A stretch of 64,000 nucleotides of DNA, from the NCBI GenBank assembly GCA_003597935.1, contig QZJT01000059.1:1-64000 (forward strand). The letters are read 5' to 3'. Positions 44,217 through 52,773 of the stretch are shown here, one piece after another. The DNA comes from Phycisphaerales bacterium (lineage in GTDB: Bacteria > Planctomycetota > Phycisphaerae > UBA1845). The position numbers and the translations under genes were made by a program. Every line of letters begins with the position of its first letter. The first letter of the stretch is position 1. The notes under the pieces were generated by a model, which made no database searches, was not told the DNA's origin, and saw only the letters and a program-made list of their open reading frames with translations.

Positions 44217-44762
44217 TCACGCGGAGTCCGACCCATCCGCGTCCGCGCCGTTGTCGGCGTCCATCGGTTTGCGGTTCAGGGAATCCAGCGGCGGCCAGTC
44301 GAACGGCGTCCCGCACTCGGGGCACCTCGGCACGGTCAAGCCGCGGAGTGAATAGCCGCATTTGCGACACAGGCCGACCTTCACCTCGATCCGTCGCTGC
44401 CAGTCGTAGCTGATCGCCGCCAAAACACGGCACGCCAGCCCCGCGAACACGACCATCACGATGCAGGACACGGTGACCCACCAGTCGTCCGCGCGGTCGC
44501 GAGGATACTGCAGAAAGGCGCCGCCTCGCTCTCGGACGAGAAGCGGTATGAACACCAGCCCGCCGATGCATCCGTAGATGAAGAACAACGGGCGGCAGTC
44601 ACAGGCGGCGCCGACCCGCCACGCGCCTCCGAGCAGGATCGCGACAGCCGCCGCCGCCAGGAACGGACCGACGGGCTCTCGCGACAGGTTCGGAACGGCG
44701 AGAGACACAGCCATGCAGACGGCGACGAGCAGGAGTGCCAGGTACGCGATCGCTCGCTTCAT
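44217..44762 (-). CDS. Membrane protein with CxC-RPLFFIYGC motif and C-terminal zinc ribbon (paralogue A)
   Basis: Three TM helices; ACDCRPLFFIYGC; CRKCGYSLRGLTVPRCPECGTPFD. Tandem paralogue of the 44783-45301 protein. Confidence 0.6.
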   Translation of the reverse strand: MKRAIAYLALLLVAVCMAVSLAVPNLSREPVGPFLAAAAVAILLGGAWRVGAACDCRPLFFIYGCIGGLVFIPLLVRERGGAFLQYPRDRADDWWVTVSCIVMVVFAGLACRVLAAISYDWQRRIEVKVGLCRKCGYSLRGLTVPRCPECGTPFDWPPLDSLNRKPMDADNGADADGSDSA

Positions 44763-44782
44763 TGTCGGACTCGTCTGACGAA

Positions 44783-45301
44783 TCAGGTTCCGCCGCCGCG
44801 GCGTGCTGGGCGTGTTGATCCGATGGCTTCCGGCGGGGCCGGCTCCGTCTGTCGATCGAACGCCCTCCCGCACTCCGGACACCGCGGCACGGTCAAGCCG
44901 TACAGCAGATAACCGCACCCGAGGCACCGATCGGGCGCCGAGGCGTGCGGGCCGTGCCGCTCGTAGCTGTACATCGCCAGTTCCCGGCAGAACACGGCCG
45001 ACAGCAGCAATGCCCCGACGCGCGAGCCGATCAGCCAGCAGTCTTCCAGCGTGTTCGCGCAATATCCGCGCGGGAGGGTCAAGCGCAGGAAGAAAAAGCC
45101 GCAGAGGCAGCCATAGATGAAGAAGAGGGGGCGGCAGTTGCAGCGGGCGCCGGCGAACCAGGCTCCGGCAATGACGAAGCCGAAGGCCAGGAAGGTCGCG
45201 GTCCGGTCGACGCGGCCGGGATGCAGGGAGGGCAATGCCGCAAGCACCGCGATGATTTCGGCGAACAAGCAGAGCCCGAGAATGTTGATCGCGCGTGCCA
45301 T
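44783..45301 (-). CDS. Membrane protein with CxC-RPLFFIYGC motif and C-terminal zinc ribbon (paralogue B)
   Basis: ARCNCRPLFFIYGC; CLGCGYLLYGLTVPRCPECGRAFD. Confidence 0.6.
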   Translation of the reverse strand: MARAINILGLCLFAEIIAVLAALPSLHPGRVDRTATFLAFGFVIAGAWFAGARCNCRPLFFIYGCLCGFFFLRLTLPRGYCANTLEDCWLIGSRVGALLLSAVFCRELAMYSYERHGPHASAPDRCLGCGYLLYGLTVPRCPECGRAFDRQTEPAPPEAIGSTRPARRGGGT

Positions 45302-45493
45302 CGGATGTTCACCGCCGTACGTTGCCGCCTGCCCGCGGGGTCAGCGCTGACGACTCATCCCACAGGATTATTCGCTTCACGCCCGGCCGGGACAATCGCA
45401 GCGGCCGCAATGCTCACGAGCAGTGGCACTTTACTGGCACTCGGGGGGCACTGCCGAATCTGGGACGGACGCCTTCCAGCGGCCATAGGTACA

Positions 45494-46402
45494 ATGATGG
45501 CCATCATGACCGAGGCAGGACAGCCGGTGTCGGGGCCGGACGGCGTGGCGGCCCAACAGGGGCGCGACGGTTCGCCCGCGCAGGTTGCAGCGCTGGACGC
45601 ATCGCCCGGTGCAGCGCCGGATGCAGCGGCCGCTGCGGTGCCGGGGCGCCGAGTGTTCGCCGCCCACGAATCCGCCCCGCCCGATCTCGCGAACATTCGG
45701 CGGGTGCATGAGGGCGAGGCGTCGGCGCCGTCGGATGCCGCGCTGGTCCACCGCGTCCTAACGGGCGAGCAGAACGCCTTCGCCGTTCTGTACGACCGAT
45801 ACGCCCGGCTGGTTCGGGCGATCTGTTTCGGCGCCACGCGGGATTTCCACGCCGCCGCGGACCTGACCCAGGAGGTCTTCCTGCGTGCCTACCGGAACCT
45901 CGCCCGGCTGGACGATGGCGAGCAGTTCGGCCTGTGGCTGACCGGCATCGCCCGGCGGGCGTGCAGCGAATGGCGGCGCGGCCGGGTGCGGGATGCTCGC
46001 AGGATCGCCGGCCTTATCCGCCGAAAGGCAGGCGAAGACGCGCGGCATCATGGGATGTCCGATGGTGCGAATTACGAGCGTCCGTGGGGAGACGGCGCGG
46101 ACAGCGCGGCGCGGGATGACGGCGGCGCGCAGAGGCGCCGCGGCGATTCCGGTGCCGGCATGCACGATGACGGCGACCCACCGTCGGCGCCTGCCGAAGC
46201 GAATGAAACCCGGGAACAGTTGCTCCGCCGCGTGGCGGAGCTTCCCGAGAACGAGCGCCTGGCGACGCACGCCTTTTACCTGATGGGCATGAACGCGACA
46301 GACGCCGGACGAGTGACGGGGCTGAGCCGCTCCGCCCTGTACCGCGTGCTGGCGGCGGCGAGACAACGGTTGCGACAGGCGTTGCGCGACAACGGCGTCT
46401 GA
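45494..46402 (+). CDS. ECF (group IV) sigma-70 factor with an N-terminal extension and a long acidic linker between regions 2 and 4
   Basis: Region 2 (LVHRVLTGEQNAFAVLYDRYARLVRAICFGATRDFHAAADLTQEVFLRAY) and region 4 (LPENERLATHAFYLMGMNATDAGRVTGLSRSALYRVLAAARQRLR). Start uncertain. Confidence 0.8.
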   Translation: MMAIMTEAGQPVSGPDGVAAQQGRDGSPAQVAALDASPGAAPDAAAAAVPGRRVFAAHESAPPDLANIRRVHEGEASAPSDAALVHRVLTGEQNAFAVLYDRYARLVRAICFGATRDFHAAADLTQEVFLRAYRNLARLDDGEQFGLWLTGIARRACSEWRRGRVRDARRIAGLIRRKAGEDARHHGMSDGANYERPWGDGADSAARDDGGAQRRRGDSGAGMHDDGDPPSAPAEANETREQLLRRVAELPENERLATHAFYLMGMNATDAGRVTGLSRSALYRVLAAARQRLRQALRDNGV

Positions 46403-46541
46403 ACACGCTGGATCACCGTGCTCCACGTGCAGCCGCGTCGAAACCAGAGAATCCGCGCGGGCTGAAGCCCGCGGCTCGCTGGCGGCGCCGGATGGCGGTC
46501 AGTGACTTGGAAGTGACGAGCGGAATCGACGAGGTGGTTCC

Positions 46542-48137
46542 ATGAAGTGTCCGGACACTCAACAGTGGATCCTGCTGACGATGGGCGCGTTCAACGACCG
46601 TCGGACCGCGGAGCTGGAAGCCCATGCGCAGGGCTGCCCTGCGTGCCGGCGCGAGCTTGAACTCGCCCGCCGTGAGCACGCCGACCTCGAAGCCGCGCAT
46701 CGTCTGTTCGAGCGCCGCCACGACGCCGGCCGCGAGCGGTTGATGGCAAAGTTGGCGGACGCAGTCGTGATGGACACTGCATCGCAGTCGTCAGGCACGT
46801 CCGCGCCGCCGGTTCGCCGAATTCCCTTTTTCAACAACCTCAAGATTGGAGATTTCCTCATGAACCTTTCTGTAAGACGTCCCGGCCGGATCGCGGTGAT
46901 TCTCGCCCCGGCCGCGTGCATTATCGCAGCGATCGCGGTGTACAGCGGGATGGGCGACGGCCGCGCGTTCGCCGACGCCATCGCCCGGCTGCGTGAGGCC
47001 GACACCGTCGCCTGCCACGTGCGGATGACGATGCACGCGCTGCTGGAGCCGGCGGCGGGGGCCGATGTGAACCAGCCCGGCGCGGCGCAGATCACGGAGA
47101 AACACGAGCAGACGCTCGTTCGCGACGAACAACTCTACCTCAGTGCCGCCGGCGGGGTCCGCCGCGACGCGTTCGAGAACGACAAACCCGCCACCACCGT
47201 GTACGTCGCGCCGAACGCCGTACGTACGTGGATCATCAATCATGTCGACTCGACGTGGCAGGAGTTCGGCGATGAGGCGACGGCGGCGATGCCGGAGGAA
47301 CTGAAGGACGCCATGCGAGATCTGGTCGCCGACCGCCCGATGGTCGAACTGCACTTCGGTGGCGCGCTGGATGACACGGCGCAGTTGATCGAGGGGCTGC
47401 GCACCCTGGCGGGCGACGCCGATCGCCCGCTGGGCGAGCGCCGGATCGACGGCGTATCCGCCACGGGCTACGAAATCGACGGTGCTCGCGTCGGCTTCGG
47501 CCCGCCGCTCTACAGCGAGTCGGACGACAACCGGGCGGAGGTCTGGATCGATTTGCGTCAGGACCTGCCCGTGCTGATCGTGCTGCACTTCGTGTCGCGC
47601 GTGAACGCCGTGGCCGGCATGCCGATCAACGCGACCTACACCGTCACCACCGAGTACAGCCATTTCCAGATCGACCCGCCGCTGGCCGCCGACTGGTTCG
47701 ACCCGGTGATCCCCGTCGGTTACTCGCAGAAGCAGGATCAGGTGGTGAAGATAGCAGGCAGCCTCAATGAAGTGGCCTTTCTGGAAGCCCTGCGCGCGTT
47801 CGGCGAGCAGGCAGGGCGATACCCCAAAAGCCTGGAGACGATGGACGTAATGTACGAGGTCAGCTACCTGATCGGCTCGATGCAGGCCCGGCGACTGGCG
47901 GCCACCAGCAAGGGCGAACCGACCGACAATCTGCCCGACCACCGCGCCGTCGGCCAGGCGGTGCAGGGGCTGGCGTATTACACCGTGCTCGAAGCCGCCG
48001 GCCGCCGGCCGGAGTATTTCGGCACAAGCGTCACCCCCGGCGACACCGCAGCGCTGCTGCTGCGCTGGACCCTGGAAGACGGCCGCACCCGCGTGGTCTA
48101 CGGCGACCTGCGGGTGGATGACGTGGACGCCGGCTGA
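46542..48137 (+). CDS. Anti-sigma factor (zinc-finger ZAS-like N-terminus, single TM, large periplasmic domain)
   Basis: HAQGCPACRRELE motif, TM helix IAVILAPAACIIAAIAVY. Directly downstream of the ECF sigma gene. Confidence 0.7.
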   Translation: MKCPDTQQWILLTMGAFNDRRTAELEAHAQGCPACRRELELARREHADLEAAHRLFERRHDAGRERLMAKLADAVVMDTASQSSGTSAPPVRRIPFFNNLKIGDFLMNLSVRRPGRIAVILAPAACIIAAIAVYSGMGDGRAFADAIARLREADTVACHVRMTMHALLEPAAGADVNQPGAAQITEKHEQTLVRDEQLYLSAAGGVRRDAFENDKPATTVYVAPNAVRTWIINHVDSTWQEFGDEATAAMPEELKDAMRDLVADRPMVELHFGGALDDTAQLIEGLRTLAGDADRPLGERRIDGVSATGYEIDGARVGFGPPLYSESDDNRAEVWIDLRQDLPVLIVLHFVSRVNAVAGMPINATYTVTTEYSHFQIDPPLAADWFDPVIPVGYSQKQDQVVKIAGSLNEVAFLEALRAFGEQAGRYPKSLETMDVMYEVSYLIGSMQARRLAATSKGEPTDNLPDHRAVGQAVQGLAYYTVLEAAGRRPEYFGTSVTPGDTAALLLRWTLEDGRTRVVYGDLRVDDVDAG

Positions 48138-48495
48138 CGACCTCCGGACGCGCTCCAGCGGGGTCAATACGTCACGAAGTCACGCGGCGAGATACTGCGT
48201 GACCGCGGGATGGCGGCCTCCCGCGTTCCGGCGGGCCCGTCGGCGGGCAGGGGGCCTGTTCGGTCCAAGCCGGGCTCCGACTCCGCCGAGGCGACGAATT
48301 CTCCGAGGTCTTCAATCCCGGGTGCCTGCGGATTCCACGAATCCGGCGCGCTGCCGTCCGAAGACGCGCAATGGGGCTAATTGTCCAATGATGCGAGATC
48401 ATCGAGGGTTTGGACGCATGGGGCCTTGCGGGCATTCACGGGCGCTCGCCTTTGGTCGCGTTAACTTCTCTTGCAAAATGCAGTACAATTGCAGC

Positions 48496-49218
48496 ATGAC
48501 TACGGTGGCGAGGACGCAGATCAGTCGGCCGCTTCAGGTGCGGGTTTCCGAGGCCCAATACGCACTCTTCAAGCGCGCGGCGGAGCGAGACGGGCGAACG
48601 CTCTCGGGTTGGGCGCGTCACCGGCTGTGTCGACTGGCGGCGGCGGAGTTGAGTGTTGATACCTCGTGTATGACTGCCGGCACGGACGGTGCCAGCGAAG
48701 TACAGGTCATCAGATACCAGGTTGCGGGACCCACCGAAAGATTCCAGGCTGAAGGTTCCGCCGAACCGCTCCGTAGCGGAATGCCGTCGCAAGATTATTG
48801 CCCGGGACGCGGGTGCAGAATGACGGTGATCCAGGATCCCTACGCTTTGGCATTGGTCGTTGCCGATCATGTCCATCGTGACTCCGGGACAGGTAAGATG
48901 TCCATCTTGGGGACCTTTTCGGTCATCTGGGCGAAAGGCTTCCCGGCGGCGCATGGTCCGATTTTCGTTTATTTCGTGCTCACGGACGGACGTGAGAAGT
49001 GAAACTGTGAGCTGAGCCTGGTTACGGTCGATGAGGATCTGACGCTTGCCCAGATGAGTGCGGAAATCGAGTTTCCTGACCCTCACGCGGTAGTGGAGGG
49101 GGTAGTCGAGATTCGAGGCGTTGTTTTCCCCGCGCCCGGAGAGTATCGGCTGCAGTTGTCTGCAGGTGGTACGCCCTTGTTGGAAAGACGGATTCTCGTC
49201 AAACAGGTGTCTGAATGA
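48496..49218 (+). pseudogene. ORF with an N-terminal ribbon-helix-helix-like segment, interrupted by a single in-frame TGA (49000-49002), after which the same frame stays open for 72 more codons
   Basis: MTTVARTQISRPLQVRVSEAQYALFKRAAERDGRTLSGWARHRL is a CopG/Arc-like RHH. Frame 1 reads ...FVYFVLTDGREK-TGA-NCELSLVTVDEDLTLAQMSAEIEFP...LLERRILVKQVSE-TGA. The region has lower GC (about 58%). Confidence 0.45.
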
Positions 49219-49437
49219 CTCCCATGAAGACGAAGACAGCACCAGACAGGACGCTGACCGCCACGCTTGGCGGTCCGAAGGCGTCGGGAGCCGTACCGAC
49301 CGTTGGAACGGCCTCCGCCCCGTTCGACGGGATTCGCGACGTGATCAGCGACAAGCCCCTGCGGCGGCCCAACCGGAACAAGCCTTGTGCCCCCCGCTGA
49401 CTGCCCGGGGATCGTGGGTCTGTCGCCTGGCTCGAAC

Positions 49438-49521
49438 TGCCGGAGGAGGGACTCGAACCCTCACTGAGTTGCCCCAACGGGATTTTGAATCCCGCGCGTC
49501 TGCCAATTCCGCCACTCCGGC
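49438..49521 (-). tRNA. tRNA-Leu (anticodon CAA), type II with long variable arm
   Basis: GCCGGAGTGGCGGAATTGGCAGACGCGCGGGATTCAAAATCCCGTTGGGGCAACTCAGTGAGGGTTCGAGTCCCTCCTCCGGCA. It has a 7-bp acceptor stem, a GTTCGAGTCC T-loop, anticodon loop TTCAAAA and a Leu-type D-arm TGGCGGAATTGG. No encoded CCA. Confidence 0.9.
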
Positions 49522-49685
49522 GCGGCGCTACCGCGAGACGATTCAGGGGCGACCCGCGGTCGCGGCGACATGATAACGGCGCATCCGCCGGACTCCAATC
49601 CCGCCCGGTTGTCTGACAGCGCAACCGCAGAGGGCGCAGCGCGGGCAGTGCCCGCGCTGTGCCTAAAGCGACGTTCACCGGGAGA

Positions 49686-49784
49686 CGCCGCGCGGGCTTC
49701 AAGCCCGCCGCTCGCTGCTGCTGCGAACCGTACGCCCGTCTCAGGCGGAGCGTCCGCGCGGGGCTGAAGCCCGCGGCTCGCTGG
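49686..49784. repeat. Two copies of the GC-hairpin dispersed repeat (49686-49717 and 49752-49784)
   Basis: cgccgcgcgggcttcaagcccgccgctcgctg; gtccgcgcggggctgaagcccgcggctcgctgg. Confidence 0.8.
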
Positions 49785-49821
49785 CGCGGCGGCTCGCTGC
49801 TGGCATCTTCAGTCGTCATAC

Positions 49822-49905
49822 GCCATTCGACCTTCGACCTTCGACCCTCGACCCTCGACCTTCGACCTTCGACCCTCGACCTTCGCATTCGCCATTCGCC
49901 ATTCC
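49822..49905. repeat. Heptamer array (TTCGACC/CTCGACC x8, then CGCCATT x2)
   Basis: ccattcgaccttcgaccttcgaccctcgaccctcgaccttcgaccttcgaccctcgaccttcgcattcgccattcgccattc. Confidence 0.85.
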
Positions 49906-49941
49906 CACCGTCTACGCCGTTGGGGTAGACTGTCGCCCGCG

Positions 49942-50694
49942 ATGACCGTCACCGTGCTCTATTTCGGTCCGTCGGCCGGCTGGATCGGCGCGGAATCCGA
50001 GTCGATCGACCTGCCGGCCGGTGCGACGCTGGCGGCGCTGATCGACGCGTTGCGGCGGCGGCACTCCGCGGCCGACCTCGTCCGCGCGGGCGTGCGGTTC
50101 GCCGTCAACGAGCGGTTCGCCCCGCCGGACGCCGTGCTCAACGACGGCGACGAGGTGGCGGTCATCCCGCCGGTCTCCGGCGGACAGGATGATCCGGCCC
50201 CGCGCCGCGAGCCTATCTGGGTCGAACTCGCTCACTCCGCCATCCCGGTTCACGAGGTCCGCGCCTGGGTCGGCGGCGACGCCCGGTTCGGAGGGATCGT
50301 GACGTTCGACGGCGTGACTCGGGCGGAAAGCGACGCCGAGCACGGTCGACTCCTCCATCTGGAGTACTCGGCTTACGAGGGCATGGCGCTGCGGCAGATG
50401 CGCGAGCTGGCCCGCCGGGCGGCGGTGGACTTCCAGGCGGGCAGGGTGGCGATCGTCCACCGGCTGGGCGAAGTCGTGCTCGCCGACGTGTCCGTGAGCA
50501 TCGCGGTGGCCGCGGCCCACCGGGCGGACGCGTTCGAAGCGTGCCGCTGGCTGATCGACGCGCTGAAGAGCGACGTTCCCATCTGGAAGCGGGACGTCTT
50601 CGAGGACGGCTTCCAGCGATGGGTCGAACCGGCCGCCGTGCCGGATGACGTGAACCAACCGGCCGCCGTGCCGAATGACGTGAACCGAACATGA
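49942..50694 (+). CDS. moaDE: Molybdopterin synthase MoaD-MoaE fusion protein (MoaX-like)
   Basis: N-terminal 85 aa are MoaD-like, ending with the diglycine VIPPVSGG. They are followed directly by a MoaE-like domain (FGGIVTFDGVTR...HLEYSAYEGMA). Confidence 0.85.
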   Translation: MTVTVLYFGPSAGWIGAESESIDLPAGATLAALIDALRRRHSAADLVRAGVRFAVNERFAPPDAVLNDGDEVAVIPPVSGGQDDPAPRREPIWVELAHSAIPVHEVRAWVGGDARFGGIVTFDGVTRAESDAEHGRLLHLEYSAYEGMALRQMRELARRAAVDFQAGRVAIVHRLGEVVLADVSVSIAVAAAHRADAFEACRWLIDALKSDVPIWKRDVFEDGFQRWVEPAAVPDDVNQPAAVPNDVNRT

Positions 50695-51671
50695 GCAAGA
50701 AGAGATCGGCCCGCAAACCCGTCCGTAAGGCGAAAAAGCAAAGCCGCGTCCGTTCCGCGTCGTCTGACAAGAAGGCGAACCGTCGTGCCGGCACCGGCCG
50801 CGCCGGCGGTAAAACCGCCAGGTCCAAAAGGTCGACCCACGCGAAGAAGTCCGCGGTCCGATCCGCCGGCGCCGCGCCAAGCGGCCGTTCGACCGCCACT
50901 GCCACCAAGCCCCTCGGGGGGGGTCTGAAGCCGGTCCGAGCGAAGCCGGGCGGTCGCGCCCCGGCTGCGGGCGGCGTGGCGCTGGCCACCGATTCAACGC
51001 TCGCCGCCTCGGAGTCGCCCCAGGCCCGCAAGGCCAGGGCGGGCAGGATCATCGCCGGACTGCACCGCCTCTATCCCGACGCCGACTGCGCTCTCGATCA
51101 CGTCAGCGCGTTCGAGCTGCTGGTGGCGACGATCCTCTCCGCTCAGTCCACCGACGATACGGTCAACAAGGTGACGCCCATCCTCTTCGAGCGTTACCCC
51201 ACCCCGGCCGCGATGGCGGAGGCACAGCCCGCGGACGTGGAGAAGATCGTCCATTCGACCGGCTTCTTCCGGCAGAAGACGAAGAGCATCATCGGCATGG
51301 CGAAGAAGGTTGTCGAGTCGTTCGACGGCCGGATCCCCGACCGGATGGAGGACCTGGTCACGCTGCCAGGCGTGGCCCGCAAGACGGCCAACGTTGTCCT
51401 GGGGACGCACTTCCGCAAGAACGAAGGCGTCGTCGTAGATACACACGTCGGCCGGCTGGCCCACCGTCTGGCATTGACCTGGACGAGCAAGAACGACAAG
51501 GACGCGGTCAAGATCGAAAACGATCTGATGGAAGTCCTGCCGCGCCCCGAGTGGACGTTCGTCGGGCACGCGCTGATCTGGCACGGCCGGCGCGTCTGCT
51601 CGGCCCGCAAGCCCGACTGCAAGGCCTGCACGCTCAGCCCGCACTGCCCGTCGGCGGGCAGGTTTGAGTGA
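50691..51671 (+). CDS. nth: Endonuclease III (Nth) with a roughly 100-aa Lys/Arg/Ala-rich N-terminal tail
   Basis: HhH-GPD domain (LVTLPGVARKTANVV), FeS cluster CSARKPDCKACTLSPHC. Tail MSKKRSARKPVRKAKKQSRVRSA... ATGA overlap with the moaDE stop. Confidence 0.85.
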   Translation: MSKKRSARKPVRKAKKQSRVRSASSDKKANRRAGTGRAGGKTARSKRSTHAKKSAVRSAGAAPSGRSTATATKPLGGGLKPVRAKPGGRAPAAGGVALATDSTLAASESPQARKARAGRIIAGLHRLYPDADCALDHVSAFELLVATILSAQSTDDTVNKVTPILFERYPTPAAMAEAQPADVEKIVHSTGFFRQKTKSIIGMAKKVVESFDGRIPDRMEDLVTLPGVARKTANVVLGTHFRKNEGVVVDTHVGRLAHRLALTWTSKNDKDAVKIENDLMEVLPRPEWTFVGHALIWHGRRVCSARKPDCKACTLSPHCPSAGRFE

Positions 51672-51677
51672 TGGGTT

Positions 51678-52000
51678 TTGCGACGAGGATTGACCATGAC
51701 GCCTCAGAGCATCCGACTTGACGACAGGGATTACGTGGTCATCGAACGCGCGGAATACGATCGGCTGCGGACGCTCGCCAAGATACAGACGCTTCCCGCC
51801 ATGCCGGATCTGCCGGGTGTGGGTGCGGACGGCAACTATCCGCGATCGAGTACGCCCGCGCTTCCCTCGCCCGCAAGATCATCAGGGGACGTGCTGAAGC
51901 CGGGCTGACGCACCAGGAGCTTGCGGCCGCGGTCACGCTGACGGAGCCGGGGCTTCCGCGCCTGCGGAGGCTGGCGACCGATCGCCCAGATTGTATTTTT
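51678..52000 (+). pseudogene. Frameshifted remnant of an XRE/HigA-like antitoxin
   Basis: Frame A reads MTPQSIRLDDRDYVVIERAEYDRLRTLAKIQ...DGNYP. Frame +2 continues AIEYARASLARKIIRGRAEAGLTHQELAAAVTL. The junction ccgcgatcgag looks like a 1-bp loss relative to an expected ccgGcgatcgag; downstream HTH helix 3 is not recognisable. Confidence 0.45.
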
Positions 52001-52138
52001 TTGTCGCACTGCACCGGTCTGCGCTGCTATGATCGAGTGGAGGGTGTACGCCGCCGCCCGCCGGTGCAGTGACGACAGCGTCCTGGGCGGTGCGGCCGGC
52101 TCCGGCAGGAAGCCCTGGACTCGTTCGACAGGTATCGG

Positions 52139-52708
52139 TTGAGCAGCACGCTGGATACGTCGATTCCCGAACCCGCGGACCTCACGCAATCGCTGATCGG
52201 AAGGCTGCGCGCCGGCGACGATGAGGCCGGCCGGCTGCTGGACGACCTCTATCGCGACACGGTCTTCCAGTTCTGCTGGAGCTACCTGAACAACCGCGAG
52301 GATGCCGAGGACGCGGTGCAGGAGGTCTTCTGCCGCGTGCTGCGGGCGGACTTCGTGCCGGACAACTTCCGCGCCTGGATGCTGCGGATCGCGCGCAACC
52401 TGTGCTATGACATGGGGCGGCGGCGTGCCCGGCGTGGTGGGGAGGCCGAGTTGCCGGCCGAATCGCAACTCGGCGGCTCGTGGACGGGGAGCCTGACGCG
52501 CCTGGTGCGGGTGGAGACCCGCTCCCGCATCAAGCAGATCCTCGCCACGCTCCCGGAATCGCAGCAGGAGATCCTCCGCCTGCGCTATGCGGTCGGCCTG
52601 TCGCGGGCGGAGATCGCCGAGGTGCTCGACCTGAAAGAGTCGATCGTCAAGTCGCGTTTGTTCGAGGGGCTGAAGAAACTGCGCCAGCACGACTCGCTGC
52701 TGGATTGA
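52139..52708 (+). CDS. ECF (group IV) sigma-70 factor
   Basis: Region 2 (LDDLYRDTVFQFCWSYLNNREDAEDAVQEVFCRVLRA) and region 4 (LPESQQEILRLRYAVGLSRAEIAEVLDLKESIVKSRL). Confidence 0.85.
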   Translation: MSSTLDTSIPEPADLTQSLIGRLRAGDDEAGRLLDDLYRDTVFQFCWSYLNNREDAEDAVQEVFCRVLRADFVPDNFRAWMLRIARNLCYDMGRRRARRGGEAELPAESQLGGSWTGSLTRLVRVETRSRIKQILATLPESQQEILRLRYAVGLSRAEIAEVLDLKESIVKSRLFEGLKKLRQHDSLLD

Positions 52709-52773
52709 GCGCGGGGATCGGATTGCCAACCGGTGGTTGGGTGGCGCCGGTTTGTAACGGGTGTCCACGGAAT

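Noticed and set aside
48466-48500. TTGCAA...TACAAT promoter-like hexamers upstream of the RHH ORF
   Set aside because: The spacing between the hexamers is only about 7 nt, incompatible with a sigma-70 -35/-10 pair.
49000-49002. Selenocysteine interpretation of the in-frame TGA
   Set aside because: No obvious SECIS-like stem-loop is visible in the 40 nt following the TGA. No selA/selB/selD genes or tRNA-Sec are in the window. No Cys-containing redox motif is aligned with the TGA. A pseudogene or read-through is more parsimonious. The TGA remains listed as a finding because it cannot be settled from sequence alone.
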